64,000 nt of DNA from a virus (IMGVR_UViG_3300025809_001850), one strand, 5' to 3'. Positions 1-10,284 are shown, counted from the stretch's first letter. The notes: generated from the letters alone by a model not told the origin. A program made the numbers and translations.

Positions 1-2
1 AA

Positions 3-1865
3 ATATTCTGTGCGTTTTCTGATATCAAACGAGGAGAATTTTGGTGGTCATCAAGTATTTATGATTCTAATCTAAATGAGTTTGGAATTCCGTCTTGGTT
101 TGGAAAATTCAAAGCAGATGACAATTACTATTACACAGACAATCGCAAGCAACCTTATATTGTTAATGTTCACAATGGCAATGGAGAATTTGTAACAAAA
201 TTAGATGGTGAACTTTCTAATCCTACTCGTTCTGATGGAGGTCCTTCAACGATTGCTACAACAAGTCCAAGTGGTTTGTTTGGTAAAAATTATGATTTGG
301 GACTTTATAGAATGACATTGGAATTTCCTTCATACAAAGATTACACAAAGCATTACAAAGAGGATTCATATTTCTTCGGTTACAAAGATTTCGTACAAGA
401 CAAATCAACCGAAAGAACGATCATCATTGGAATTGATTGTGATTCCAAAACTGACTCTGTGGAAATGTTGTTAAACGAAAAAAGTTATTCGGGAGTGCTT
501 CAAAATGGTGCGGTTATATTTAAGATTTCATCATTCAATGATACGGGAGTAGCAGATATTCTTATTCATTCAGTTTCTCGTAACAGAACCAACACTTACA
601 AACGAGCAATCATAATCGGTGGTACTGCGGATAATTACAGACACCAACCTGTTCTTATTATTGATAAAGATTTTGACGGAGTTGAAGACTTATATGAAAC
701 TTATCGTGAAGTTGTGGCATTTGATTCAACTGATTCAACTGACTCAAATGATACTAATGTGGTTGTGACAATCAATACGGAGTCTAATGCAACATCTACC
801 GATGACGAAAATGCAACCTTGGTTGTTGATGTGGTTGACGATTCTAATACAACTTCTACCGATGACGAAAATGCAACCTTGATTGTGGTAGTTGATACAG
901 ACGATCAAGTTGAAGTTATACAGACTTACACTGTAGATGTTAATGCTTCATGGGAAGATGGAAGTGTTAAGATTTCTTGGAACGAACATCCGACGTCTAC
1001 TTTGTATCTTGAATTGCTTCACGGTCAAACTAGAATCATATATGGTGGTCACTTTACAGACAGAGCAAGTTTCGTTCTTGCTGATCACAATCTATCAGGA
1101 AACGAAACACTCGAAGGTCGTTTCTTGGAATACTCATCCAAACAGAAATTTATTGCTAGTATCGGTGACTTTGTATTAGACTTGCAAAATGTTGTTCCAG
1201 TTGAAACCGTTGATGTTGCAGTAGAAACCAACGGAACTACGATAATTGTAGAGAATGTAGTTTCTATTGAGATTGACGATTCAAATACCACCATTATTAA
1301 TACTACTGATAATGTCGTGTTGATTGCAAATACCGAGACAATCACAGACGTTACTGATGACAACTCTTCAATTTCGTCTGACGATAATGTGGTTGTGGTT
1401 ACTGATGACAATGTTACATTGATTACCACCAACAACGAAACATATGAAGCAAACGCAACCAACTCTGTAATTACGGTTACTGAAGAAGAAATTACGATTG
1501 AAGATGATTCATCTAAAAATGTTGAATTTGGTGGTGATGTCCCGTTTGCTCCTCCTGTTGTTAAAAGTGCTTGGGACAAAGCAATATCAGTTGGTAACAA
1601 TTGGTATCATTTAGAATGGTTCGGATACTTCTTTAAAATAGAAGGTAATAACTGGATTTACCATGAAACTTTAGGTTGGATGTACACCGAGTGGACCACC
1701 ACATTTGAAAGTATTTGGTTGTACCACGACACACTTGGTTGGGTTTGGACTAAACATGATTTGTTTCCTTATCTTTACAATCCAACCAATGCATCTTGGG
1801 TATACCTTGTAAAAGGTGGTCATTATGATTTCGCAAAAAATGCATGGATTGCACAAACAAACTAA
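3..1865 (+). CDS. Large acidic secreted/surface protein, 5'-truncated, with D/N/T/V-rich stalk and C-terminal W(I/L)YHxxLGW repeat domain
   Basis: Frame is open from base 3, so the gene starts upstream of the window; the track start at 276 is an internal TTG. C-terminal WIYHETLGWMY and WLYHDTLGWVW repeats resemble C-terminal domains of marine Verrucomicrobiota surface proteins. Confidence 0.75.
   Translation: MFCAFSDIKRGEFWWSSSIYDSNLNEFGIPSWFGKFKADDNYYYTDNRKQPYIVNVHNGNGEFVTKLDGELSNPTRSDGGPSTIATTSPSGLFGKNYDLGLYRMTLEFPSYKDYTKHYKEDSYFFGYKDFVQDKSTERTIIIGIDCDSKTDSVEMLLNEKSYSGVLQNGAVIFKISSFNDTGVADILIHSVSRNRTNTYKRAIIIGGTADNYRHQPVLIIDKDFDGVEDLYETYREVVAFDSTDSTDSNDTNVVVTINTESNATSTDDENATLVVDVVDDSNTTSTDDENATLIVVVDTDDQVEVIQTYTVDVNASWEDGSVKISWNEHPTSTLYLELLHGQTRIIYGGHFTDRASFVLADHNLSGNETLEGRFLEYSSKQKFIASIGDFVLDLQNVVPVETVDVAVETNGTTIIVENVVSIEIDDSNTTIINTTDNVVLIANTETITDVTDDNSSISSDDNVVVVTDDNVTLITTNNETYEANATNSVITVTEEEITIEDDSSKNVEFGGDVPFAPPVVKSAWDKAISVGNNWYHLEWFGYFFKIEGNNWIYHETLGWMYTEWTTTFESIWLYHDTLGWVWTKHDLFPYLYNPTNASWVYLVKGGHYDFAKNAWIAQTN
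783..902 (+). repeat. Tandem 60-bp in-frame duplication (xSNxTSTDDENATLxVxVxx) in the stalk
   Basis: tctaat..aac.tctaccgatgacgaaaatgcaacctt occurs at 783 and 843. Confidence 0.8.
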
Positions 1866-1889
1866 TTATTAATTACAGAGAGAACTAAA

Positions 1890-2465
1890 ATGACAAAGAA
1901 AAAACGTGAATTAGAAATCGGTGACAATGTTAAAGAAATTGTAACCACTCGTGGCAGAAAAAAAAGAATCGGAGAAATTGTTTCTATTCTTAGTGATAAT
2001 GTGGGTGATCCTACAATTGAATGCATTGAAGTTGATCCAAAAGAATTGACTCCCATTGAAGGCACATCTGGTCAACACAAAACATTTAAAGCAAAACGAA
2101 GCAAACTTAAACATTACATTCCCCGTAAAAGTCTTTTTAAGAAAGAAACATTTGAAATAGGAAAATGTGTTGCTTGTAAAAGTGGTTCCCGAATGAGATA
2201 CGGAAGAATCATGGGATATCTGAATCAAGAAGAAGGATTATATCCTCATTCATACGATGCAGGTGAGTATAATGGACATGATTTGCTGGAATGTGTTCAG
2301 ATTGATCCTAAACCAGGATTGCATAGAATCATTGAAGCAGATGGAACTCCAAAAAAGTTCGTAGGATATCCTGACAAGTGTAAACTTGTAAAGGTAATTG
2401 ATGTTGATAATCAAGGAAATCCAACTACTAAACTTAGATTAGATATTCCAACACAAGAAGATTGA
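1890..2465 (+). CDS. Hypothetical protein with two similar beta-rich (KOW/SH3-like) halves
   Basis: Internal similarity: EIGDNV..IECIEVDPK vs EIGKCV..LECVQIDPK; gagagaac element upstream. Confidence 0.65.
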   Translation: MTKKKRELEIGDNVKEIVTTRGRKKRIGEIVSILSDNVGDPTIECIEVDPKELTPIEGTSGQHKTFKAKRSKLKHYIPRKSLFKKETFEIGKCVACKSGSRMRYGRIMGYLNQEEGLYPHSYDAGEYNGHDLLECVQIDPKPGLHRIIEADGTPKKFVGYPDKCKLVKVIDVDNQGNPTTKLRLDIPTQED

Positions 2466-2522
2466 GTTTTTATAGCAATTATTTGTTTGAATTATTAACC
2501 AAACAAATATATATTTATTGTT

Positions 2523-3893
2523 ATGGAAAATTTAAAATCTATTGTTGAACGAATTGATAAGTCTGAAAAAATGAAAATCATCAAGGTGATGAGAAAAAAG
2601 TCTTTTCTTAATTATCGTGATGATCTTGAAAAACTTGGTATGAAAGTCGACTTTGCAACGAGTCCGTTTGCTTACTATAAAATCACATCACGTAAGTGGG
2701 GAAGTGATAGCATTTACATCACAAGCAAACAGAATGTAGGTGATGATGCGGAATACATCAGCAACGATAACATCGCAATGGGTGAATTAACTGAAATTGT
2801 ACAAGAAACAATGTTTAGTAAAATGAAAGCAAAAGAAGAACTTAAAGAAATCGTAAGAGAAGTTGTTTCAGAAATTATGACGGAAAATCACAAATTCAAA
2901 GTCGGTGACGAAGTAAAATTTAATGGTAATTATGATGGTGTGGTTGTCAAGGTTCATACTGATGGTAAACTCAAAGGAATGATTGATGTACAAAAGAAAG
3001 GTCGTTCATCAACCGTGACACTATCTGCTAGTAACAAAAAAGAAGTTAGACCAATCAAAGAAGATTTATTTCACTGCATTCAAGATTTAATGAAGTCTGG
3101 AGATGCCCGTAATGTTGCTGATAAAAAATGCAAACGTTGGGGAGTAAGTGAATCAGACGAAGAACTTACCGAAGATGATGGTACTAACATCAATGTCCAT
3201 GCGTTGAATTCAAGTGAAATTCAACTTGCAGTTGGTGCAATCAATTTCTTTGGCACAGGATCACATCCAATGGCAGATGCCAAGGGACTCAAGTATTTCA
3301 AGGTTGAGTATCTTGCCGACATCATTGCAAAAAATAAAAGCAAGTTATCAGGAGACGCAAAAAAGCATTTGGCAAATTTGTTAAAGAAACTTCAAAAATC
3401 AATCAAAGAAGATTCGGTAACTGAAAACAAAGACATTAACTTTGTTTTAGACCAACTTGCAAATGCAGTTGATTTGTATCCAAGAGATGAATTTGCTCAA
3501 CATATGGCAAAAAATACCAAGTACAATGAAAAAGATTTTGAAAAGTTGTATGATGCGTATTTCAAAATGAAAGCAATGGATCGTTTTCATATGGCAATTG
3601 ATATTGGAAAATCCAAAAAGTTTCTTTCTAAGTTTGGAATCAAAGAAGAAGTTGAATCTATAAACGAAAATATGAGTGACTTGGAATTTGTGGTTGACCA
3701 ACTTGCAAACTCAATGGAACATTATGACGAAAAAGAGTTTGTTAAACATATGTCAAAAGAAACCAAATACAATGCCAATTCATTAAAGAAGGTATTCAAC
3801 GCATATTGGGATTTGGGTGCAAGAGAACGAGATGATACATTTACAAGAGTTAATACTGCAAAACCTTGGTTGAAGAAATTTGGAATCAAGTAA
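2523..3893 (+). CDS. Putative virion-internal modular polyprotein
   Basis: ATATTTAT 4 nt upstream; internal LKEIVRE motif; modules separated by (L/I/V)xE; duplicated C-terminal module (DQLAN...TKYN...KFGIK twice). Confidence 0.7.
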   Translation: MENLKSIVERIDKSEKMKIIKVMRKKSFLNYRDDLEKLGMKVDFATSPFAYYKITSRKWGSDSIYITSKQNVGDDAEYISNDNIAMGELTEIVQETMFSKMKAKEELKEIVREVVSEIMTENHKFKVGDEVKFNGNYDGVVVKVHTDGKLKGMIDVQKKGRSSTVTLSASNKKEVRPIKEDLFHCIQDLMKSGDARNVADKKCKRWGVSESDEELTEDDGTNINVHALNSSEIQLAVGAINFFGTGSHPMADAKGLKYFKVEYLADIIAKNKSKLSGDAKKHLANLLKKLQKSIKEDSVTENKDINFVLDQLANAVDLYPRDEFAQHMAKNTKYNEKDFEKLYDAYFKMKAMDRFHMAIDIGKSKKFLSKFGIKEEVESINENMSDLEFVVDQLANSMEHYDEKEFVKHMSKETKYNANSLKKVFNAYWDLGARERDDTFTRVNTAKPWLKKFGIK

Positions 3894-3894
3894 A

Positions 3895-4257
3895 ATGAAA
3901 ATTACCAAATCAAAATTAAAAGAAATGATTCAAGAAGAACTTGAATCACTCAAAGAAGGAATGAACAAACGAGAAGGAGCAGAAGTTATTGCTCAACTCG
4001 GTGGTGGTCGTTTCATCGCAATGACAGGAGCAAAAGACTTTTTCATTGGACCAAAAGGTGTTGTATTTAAAATTGGAAGAAATTCAAAAAATGTAAATTA
4101 TGTTCGTATCAATTTGAATAGTATGGACACTTATGACATTGAGTTTCTTCAAGTCAGAAAATTTAAAGAGAAAGTAAAAAGTCAAGCAAAGGGAGTTTAT
4201 GCAGATACACTTCGTGGTGCATTTGAACAACACACAGGATTAAGAACATCATTATGA
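3895..4257 (+). CDS. MKITKxxLKxxIxEE-tagged protein (conserved phage domain GGGRFIAMTGAK...DTYDIEF)
   Basis: Start ATG 3895 directly after the upstream stop; N-terminus MKITKSKLKEMIQEEL. Confidence 0.75.
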   Translation: MKITKSKLKEMIQEELESLKEGMNKREGAEVIAQLGGGRFIAMTGAKDFFIGPKGVVFKIGRNSKNVNYVRINLNSMDTYDIEFLQVRKFKEKVKSQAKGVYADTLRGAFEQHTGLRTSL

Positions 4258-4547
4258 AAATATCAAAAGAACATCTTAAACAAATCATTCGCGAAGAACT
4301 CAATGAAATGCGTCCTCATACTTCCAAAGATTTACCAACACAAACTATTATTGACACCATCAAAAAAAATCTTGATTGGGAAGATGAGTATCTTGGTTCA
4401 AAAGGAATGAAACAACTTGAAAAAGATTTAAAAAAGAAAAAAAGAATGTCCGCTAATGATTTAAGCAAACTTCTTCCTGGATATATTCCAAGTGATGAAA
4501 TTTTCGGAATATTCAAAAACCATCTTGCGATAGGACCAACAGAATGA
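4254..4547 (+). CDS. MKISKEHLKQIIREEL-tagged hypothetical protein
   Basis: Overlaps the upstream stop; shared N-terminal motif. Confidence 0.75.
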   Translation: MKISKEHLKQIIREELNEMRPHTSKDLPTQTIIDTIKKNLDWEDEYLGSKGMKQLEKDLKKKKRMSANDLSKLLPGYIPSDEIFGIFKNHLAIGPTE

Positions 4548-4891
4548 AAATAACAAAAGAAAAACTCAAACAAATAGTTCGTGAAGAACTTCAAGATTTA
4601 AAAGAAACCTCAGAACAAGAAGTAGGTGAAAACAACGCATTGGATAATGCTATTGCTAATCGTGATGATAATCGTGCAAATCGTGATTCACAAGAAAGAT
4701 ATGAAGATTTGTATTTGGGATTACAAAAACTTATCAGTAAAGTATCCAAGAACAATAAGGTAAAAGGATACGGAGGTGAATTAACTCACGCATTTGTTGA
4801 TTTGCTTTATGCAGTAGAAACTGATCGTCTTGGAGTTGGTGAAATTTTTAATGGACTTAAAAAGATTAATAGTAAGATTTCCAAAAAGTGA
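4544..4891 (+). CDS. MKITKEKLKQIVREEL-tagged hypothetical protein
   Basis: ATGA overlap; shared N-terminal motif. Confidence 0.75.
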   Translation: MKITKEKLKQIVREELQDLKETSEQEVGENNALDNAIANRDDNRANRDSQERYEDLYLGLQKLISKVSKNNKVKGYGGELTHAFVDLLYAVETDRLGVGEIFNGLKKINSKISKK

Positions 4892-5364
4892 AAATAACTA
4901 AGCAAAAACTCAAAGATATTATTCGTGAAGAACTTGAAACATTGACCGAAGAACACCACGGTGATGTTTCGTTTTCTCGTAGAAAACTTAAATTAGCATC
5001 TGAAGATGCCGAGTGCGTATTACAATGTTTGGCAGATAAAGCAGAAGACGAAGAACTTCCTAATTGGTGGATTGATAAAGTAAGTAAAGCAGCCGATTAT
5101 CTTAATGTATGTCGTGATTATATCAAAACCGATGATTTAAACGGAATACACGAAGATACAGAAAAAGAATATCCGATTTGGGGAATTCCACCGGGAAAAA
5201 ACTCCGAAGAACTTTTATACACAAAAGCAACAAGTAAACGACAAGCATCAAAAATTGCAAAGATTTTAACCGACAAACATAAATGTAAAAAGGTTAGAAT
5301 ACAAACATTAGACTTAGCACAAAATCCATCTGATATTTGGGATTCAGAAAAACTATTCAAATAA
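4888..5364 (+). CDS. MKITKQKLKDIIREEL-tagged hypothetical protein
   Basis: GTGA overlap; shared motif; ELPNWWIDKVSKAADYL helical module. Confidence 0.75.
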   Translation: MKITKQKLKDIIREELETLTEEHHGDVSFSRRKLKLASEDAECVLQCLADKAEDEELPNWWIDKVSKAADYLNVCRDYIKTDDLNGIHEDTEKEYPIWGIPPGKNSEELLYTKATSKRQASKIAKILTDKHKCKKVRIQTLDLAQNPSDIWDSEKLFK

Positions 5365-5369
5365 ATGTG

Positions 5370-5398
5370 TTGACTTTTTATAATAACTTTGGTAAAGT
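5370..5398 (+). promoter_or_regulatory. Early sigma70-type promoter, repeat family copy 1
   Basis: TTGACT-17bp-TAAAGT with TG extension; spacer TTTTATAATAA. Confidence 0.8.
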
Positions 5399-5407
5399 AT
5401 ATAAAGA

Positions 5408-6472
5408 ATGAGATACATGAGAATAGTAAACGAGATAAAATTATCTCAAGTGGTAGGACCCAAACATAAAGATTCTGTTGAGTTTGTGCAAAAGTGGAAA
5501 CCTGGTGAAAAAATTCCTAATCCAAAATTTCTACAAATTAAAAGTGATGTATCAAGAGCATTTGATATTGCAACAAATAGCACAAAGTTGAAAGGTGCAA
5601 ACGAGTTCACCGTTTGGGGACTACAAAAACAAGATGGAGAAACCGAAGAATACAAATACTCATTTCCAAATTCGGTGTTGCACGTTGCCGGTTATCTTAA
5701 AAGAACCAAAAAGCAATTAAAAAGAACAATCACAAGTCCCAACGCAACCAAGTTGGTGAAGGCCGCAATGACTGCGTGTGAACCTTGGGTAGAAATTGCG
5801 GAAAAACTAAAAGCAATGAAAGGTGATGTGGTTAAACGTCAGATTGGTGTTGGAACTAAAAAGAATCCTGTTCCTACTGGAGTGCTTAACAAAGAAATTG
5901 AACAAGAACTTGAAAAAATTGGAAAAGGATTTGCAAAAGAATTAGAAGAAAACTTTGAAGATCATTATCACAGATTAATCAAGAATTATCAAGCAGCTGC
6001 AAAACGAAAAGGTTCAACAAGCACTTACGATTTGTATAAAAGTCGTGATGATTATCATTTGAACAAAATTCTCAGTAACTTTCTTGATAGTGAATATGAC
6101 CACACCGAACGAGGTGGATATGCTTATACACTTAAAAAAGATTACGTTAGCATCATTGACAAAATGGCAAAGCAATCAGCAAAAGATGCAGTTGAAAGTT
6201 TTGTACTGAAAATGAAAAATAAATTAAGTGTGATTGTAGGAAGTCGTGGTATTGGAGTTGATGTTAGTGGAAATAGCAATCGCAATACCATTTCGTTTGA
6301 ATTTGAAGATAGCAGTAAATTCACGGTGCAAAACTCAATTGTGTTAAGTTATAGTGTTTATGGAAAACCATTTTATCGTTATCCTACCACTTTTCACAAT
6401 GTTATTTTGCCAGACGGCAAGAAATTGAATAGTCCATCTGAAGCAAAAATCAAAAAAGAGTTTGTGAAGTAG
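5408..6472 (+). CDS. Hypothetical phage protein, 354 aa
   Basis: Long ORF starting 10 nt after the promoter -10; no recognised family. Confidence 0.75.
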   Translation: MRYMRIVNEIKLSQVVGPKHKDSVEFVQKWKPGEKIPNPKFLQIKSDVSRAFDIATNSTKLKGANEFTVWGLQKQDGETEEYKYSFPNSVLHVAGYLKRTKKQLKRTITSPNATKLVKAAMTACEPWVEIAEKLKAMKGDVVKRQIGVGTKKNPVPTGVLNKEIEQELEKIGKGFAKELEENFEDHYHRLIKNYQAAAKRKGSTSTYDLYKSRDDYHLNKILSNFLDSEYDHTERGGYAYTLKKDYVSIIDKMAKQSAKDAVESFVLKMKNKLSVIVGSRGIGVDVSGNSNRNTISFEFEDSSKFTVQNSIVLSYSVYGKPFYRYPTTFHNVILPDGKKLNSPSEAKIKKEFVK

Positions 6473-6550
6473 TTCTATGTTGTCGCAAACTGACAATAAA
6501 AAACTTGCAAAATTGTCATAATAATATATATTTAAGTTATTGGATATATT

Positions 6551-8680
6551 ATGAAAAACGTAAGTTTTGTGCTAGTGGGGCTCTTTTTGAGTATTTCTGT
6601 CGGGTTAACCGCACAGGAAAAAATTAATGCCGAAGAACTAAAAGAGATTTCTTTAGAACGAAAAGTTGTTACTATTATTAGTAGCAATGGAAAAGAACAA
6701 ACTGGTAAAGTTCTTGAGTACGATGGAGAAAGTGTGCTATTTCAACGACAACAAGATTTACAACTATTTCGTTTGAAACTTGAAGCACTTGCATTGCAAT
6801 CTCAACGTATGATCAAAGATGATTATATGACTGCTGATTATAATGTACCAAAACTTGAAAGACCATTAAAAGAAGCAACCATTAAAAAGTTGGCAAGATA
6901 TGCTGATAATCTTGTGCTTGAAAAACTTCGTAGTGAACGGCAAAGACCAACCAGTGATACAGATGATTATACTTTTATGCGTAGAGCATATCTCAAGATA
7001 ATTGGTCGTATTCCTGGTAAAGCAGAAATTGATGAATTCAAAACAGAAATGCGTGGAAATAAACTTAAATTAATCAACAAGTTGTTAGACACTGAGGGTT
7101 ATGTTAGTCATCAGTTAAATTATTTTGCTGATATTCTTCGCATTCAAGACAAACTTAATAATACCAACATTAATAGTGGATTTCGTTATCGTGAATTTGT
7201 TCGTACTGAAATTCGTAATAATACTCCGTTTGATGAATTCGTGCAAAAACTAATTGCGGTGGAAGGTGCTTATTATGAACCTGGTAACGAAGCAATAGGA
7301 TTTTATTTGCGTGATCGTGGTATGCCATTAGATAATCTTGCAAACACCGTACAAGTGTTTTTAGGAACTCGTTTAGAATGTGCGATGTGTCATGATCATC
7401 CATTTGATAAATGGACACAAAAGCAGTTTTATGAAATGTCTGCATTCACAGACGGAGTTGGTCGTGTTCGTGGACCAAAAGAGTTTCAAACAATTGTTAA
7501 TGAATTCAATAAACTTGTTCGTGCTGATAAATCACCCGAAAATAACACACTTCAACAATATCGTAATTATATTCGTGATATTATGGGATACGGATTAGCA
7601 GATGAATTAGGCAAAGGAACAATCAAACTCACAGATGCATTTATGGAAGATGATGCAAAACCAGGTGACACACTTCATGCAAAAGCAATTTTTGCACCAC
7701 CATTGAAAATTGAACAAGGAGCAAAACTTCCACAAAGTCGTAAGCAGTTTTCTGAATGGATTACATCAGAAGCAAATCCAAGATTCACCACCGTTATTGT
7801 AAATCGTTTATGGAAACGAGCATTTGGAATTGGGTTGATTGAACCTGTGGACGATATGAATGATATGACCGAATCTAGTAATCCTAAGTTGCTTGCGTAT
7901 CTTGAAAAAATTATGGCATCAGTTGATTATGATGTTAAAGAATTTATGCGAGTGCTTTATAGCATGGATTTATTTACACGTGATAGTGTTAAAGATGATT
8001 ATGAAAGTATGGAAACATTTTACTTTGCAGGACCTCCACTTCAACGAATGACAGGAGAACAAATTTGGGATTCATTGGTAACATTAGTTTACAACAACAT
8101 TGATTCACCTGAACGAGTTCCTTCAAATTACGATGAAAAGTATCAAGCAGTTTATGAACGATACAAAGATAAAACTGCTCAAGAAATTTTTGACGAATTA
8201 AAAGTGTATATCGCCGAGACCGAGAAACCAGCCCGAAATCTTGCAGATGTTGTTGCTCAGTTGAATAAAGCAGAAGGAACAACATACGAACTAAAAAAGA
8301 TACCTGCACGTGATTTGATACGAAGCAGTTACATAGGATATCCCGCAAGAGGTGGACACCTCATTCGTCAGTTTGGTGGAAGTGATAAACAACTCATTGA
8401 AAACTCAAACTTTGAAGCAACTACACCTCAAGTTCTTAATATGCTCAATGGATTCGTTGAGCAAAAAATCGTAAACAATAAAAATGCCGACTTTATGAAA
8501 CAAATGGCACAAGAAAAACGTGAAACCGGAAAAATTGAAGATGTTTTTATGAGCATTCTTAATCGTGAACCAAACGCAAAAGAAATGAAACTTTTGAAAA
8601 AATACATTGATCAAAAAGACGGAGCAAAACATATTGCATGGATTCTTATGAACTCCCATGAATTTATTTTTATTCGTTAA
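6551..8680 (+). CDS. DUF1549/DUF1553 (PSCyt2/PSD1-type) secreted protein with heme-binding CxxCH and N-terminal SHD1-like domain
   Basis: Signal peptide; DDYTFMRRAYLKIIGRIP (DUF1549 start); VFLGTRLECAMCHDHPFDKW; SEANPRFTTVIVNRLWKRAFGIGLIEPVDD (DUF1553); AWILMNSHEFIFIR end. Confidence 0.9.
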   Translation: MKNVSFVLVGLFLSISVGLTAQEKINAEELKEISLERKVVTIISSNGKEQTGKVLEYDGESVLFQRQQDLQLFRLKLEALALQSQRMIKDDYMTADYNVPKLERPLKEATIKKLARYADNLVLEKLRSERQRPTSDTDDYTFMRRAYLKIIGRIPGKAEIDEFKTEMRGNKLKLINKLLDTEGYVSHQLNYFADILRIQDKLNNTNINSGFRYREFVRTEIRNNTPFDEFVQKLIAVEGAYYEPGNEAIGFYLRDRGMPLDNLANTVQVFLGTRLECAMCHDHPFDKWTQKQFYEMSAFTDGVGRVRGPKEFQTIVNEFNKLVRADKSPENNTLQQYRNYIRDIMGYGLADELGKGTIKLTDAFMEDDAKPGDTLHAKAIFAPPLKIEQGAKLPQSRKQFSEWITSEANPRFTTVIVNRLWKRAFGIGLIEPVDDMNDMTESSNPKLLAYLEKIMASVDYDVKEFMRVLYSMDLFTRDSVKDDYESMETFYFAGPPLQRMTGEQIWDSLVTLVYNNIDSPERVPSNYDEKYQAVYERYKDKTAQEIFDELKVYIAETEKPARNLADVVAQLNKAEGTTYELKKIPARDLIRSSYIGYPARGGHLIRQFGGSDKQLIENSNFEATTPQVLNMLNGFVEQKIVNNKNADFMKQMAQEKRETGKIEDVFMSILNREPNAKEMKLLKKYIDQKDGAKHIAWILMNSHEFIFIR

Positions 8681-8707
8681 ATTTAAAACAGAACAGGAAA
8701 CTATAAA

Positions 8708-9991
8708 ATGGAACATTTATTAACAGACGAATTATCAAGAAGAAAATTTATTAAAGGAATGGCCAAGACTTGTCTTGGAGTAAGTGCAATTATGGGAGCA
8801 AGTGATTTGAACGCATATGAAATACCTGGCAAACCTGCATCTGCACGACACGTCATATTTTTGTATATGTCAGGTGGAATGACTCACATTGATACATTTG
8901 ATCCGAAACCAGAAAACGCAGAAGTAATGGGTGAAACCAATGCAATTGCTACAAGTGCAGATGGAATTCAAATTGGTCATTGGTTACCAGAAACTGCAAA
9001 ACAAATGCACAACGCATCTTTGATTCGTAGTTTAACAAGCAATCAAGGAGCACACCAACAAGCAAATTATTTGCTTCATACTTCATATCAACGAAGAGGA
9101 ACAATCAAACATCCTACGTTGGGAAGTTGGGTAAGTCGGTTGTCAGGTAAATTGAATAAAACTTTGCCTGCACAAGTTCGCATCAACGGAGGAAGTGATG
9201 TTCTTGGTGCAGGATTTCTTGAAAGCAAACACGGACCTCTTCCGTTGGGAAATCCTTCAAGTGGAATTCAGAACTCAAAGGCTGCGAAGTATCTTGATGA
9301 AACTATGTATGACGGCCGTTTAAAAACTGCACAAGAATTCAACAAAATGTTTCTTGGTGAATATTCACAAAAGCAAGTTCGTGCTTATACAGATTTGTAT
9401 AACGATGCAGTAAAATTAATGAGCAGTAAAGATTTGGAAGCATTTGATTTAACAAAAGAAACTCAAGAAACACGTGATATGTACGGAGATGATAATTTTG
9501 GCCAAGGATGTTTGCTTGCACGAAGATTGGTAGATACCGGTGTTCGTTTTGTTGAAGTTCAACTTGGTGGTTGGGATATGCACAACGATGTATTCGGAAA
9601 CATGGAAACACGTGGTGCAACACTTGACCAAGGATTATCAGCATTATTAAAAGACCTTGAACGAACCGGTAAATTAAGCAACACAATGGTTGTGGTTGCA
9701 AGTGAGTTCGGAAGAAGTCCTGAAGTTAAAGCAGGTCGTATTGGTCGTGATCATCATCCTACTGCTTTTAGTGCGTTTCTTGCCGGTGGAGGAATCAAAG
9801 GTGGAACTGTTTATGGAGTAAGTGACAAACGAGCACATTATGTTGAAGAAGAAGGAGCATCAGTTGAAGACCTCAACGCAACAATTGCTCATGCTCTTGG
9901 ACTTAAACTTGAAGAAATACATTACTCTCCGAGTGGAAGACCTTTCAAGGTCGCACATGATGGTAAGATTCTAAACAAGATTCTTGCGTAA
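8708..9991 (+). CDS. DUF1501 family protein (alkaline phosphatase/sulfatase-like fold) with Tat signal
   Basis: SRRKFIK twin-arginine signal; VIFLYMSGGMTHIDTFDPKP; GQGCLLARRLV; GGWDMH; SEFGRSP; GRDHHP. Confidence 0.9.
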   Translation: MEHLLTDELSRRKFIKGMAKTCLGVSAIMGASDLNAYEIPGKPASARHVIFLYMSGGMTHIDTFDPKPENAEVMGETNAIATSADGIQIGHWLPETAKQMHNASLIRSLTSNQGAHQQANYLLHTSYQRRGTIKHPTLGSWVSRLSGKLNKTLPAQVRINGGSDVLGAGFLESKHGPLPLGNPSSGIQNSKAAKYLDETMYDGRLKTAQEFNKMFLGEYSQKQVRAYTDLYNDAVKLMSSKDLEAFDLTKETQETRDMYGDDNFGQGCLLARRLVDTGVRFVEVQLGGWDMHNDVFGNMETRGATLDQGLSALLKDLERTGKLSNTMVVVASEFGRSPEVKAGRIGRDHHPTAFSAFLAGGGIKGGTVYGVSDKRAHYVEEEGASVEDLNATIAHALGLKLEEIHYSPSGRPFKVAHDGKILNKILA

Positions 9992-10284
9992 TGCGTTTAT
10001 TTAGCATCATTTGTTTGTTGTTGATGTTTCCGTTGCTATTGCTCGGAAACACCATCTCTGTACACGTAAAGGGTCTTGTATGCCCTTCGTGTGCAATAGG
10101 CATAACAAAGCATCTATTAAAGACCAACAAAATTAAAAAGGTTACTTTGAATGTTCAAACATCATATACTCATATAATACTATTAAAAAACAAAACATTA
10201 TCTGATGTTGAAATAAAAACTGCCATTGAAAATGCAGGTTACGAACTCGGTAAAAAAGGAATTCAGCGAAAATCTAATTCATGA
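9991..10284 (+). CDS. Periplasmic heavy-metal-associated (HMA, MerP/CopZ-like) protein
   Basis: Signal peptide, then VKGLVCPSCA (CxxC) and IENAGY. Confidence 0.85.
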   Translation: MRLFSIICLLLMFPLLLLGNTISVHVKGLVCPSCAIGITKHLLKTNKIKKVTLNVQTSYTHIILLKNKTLSDVEIKTAIENAGYELGKKGIQRKSNS

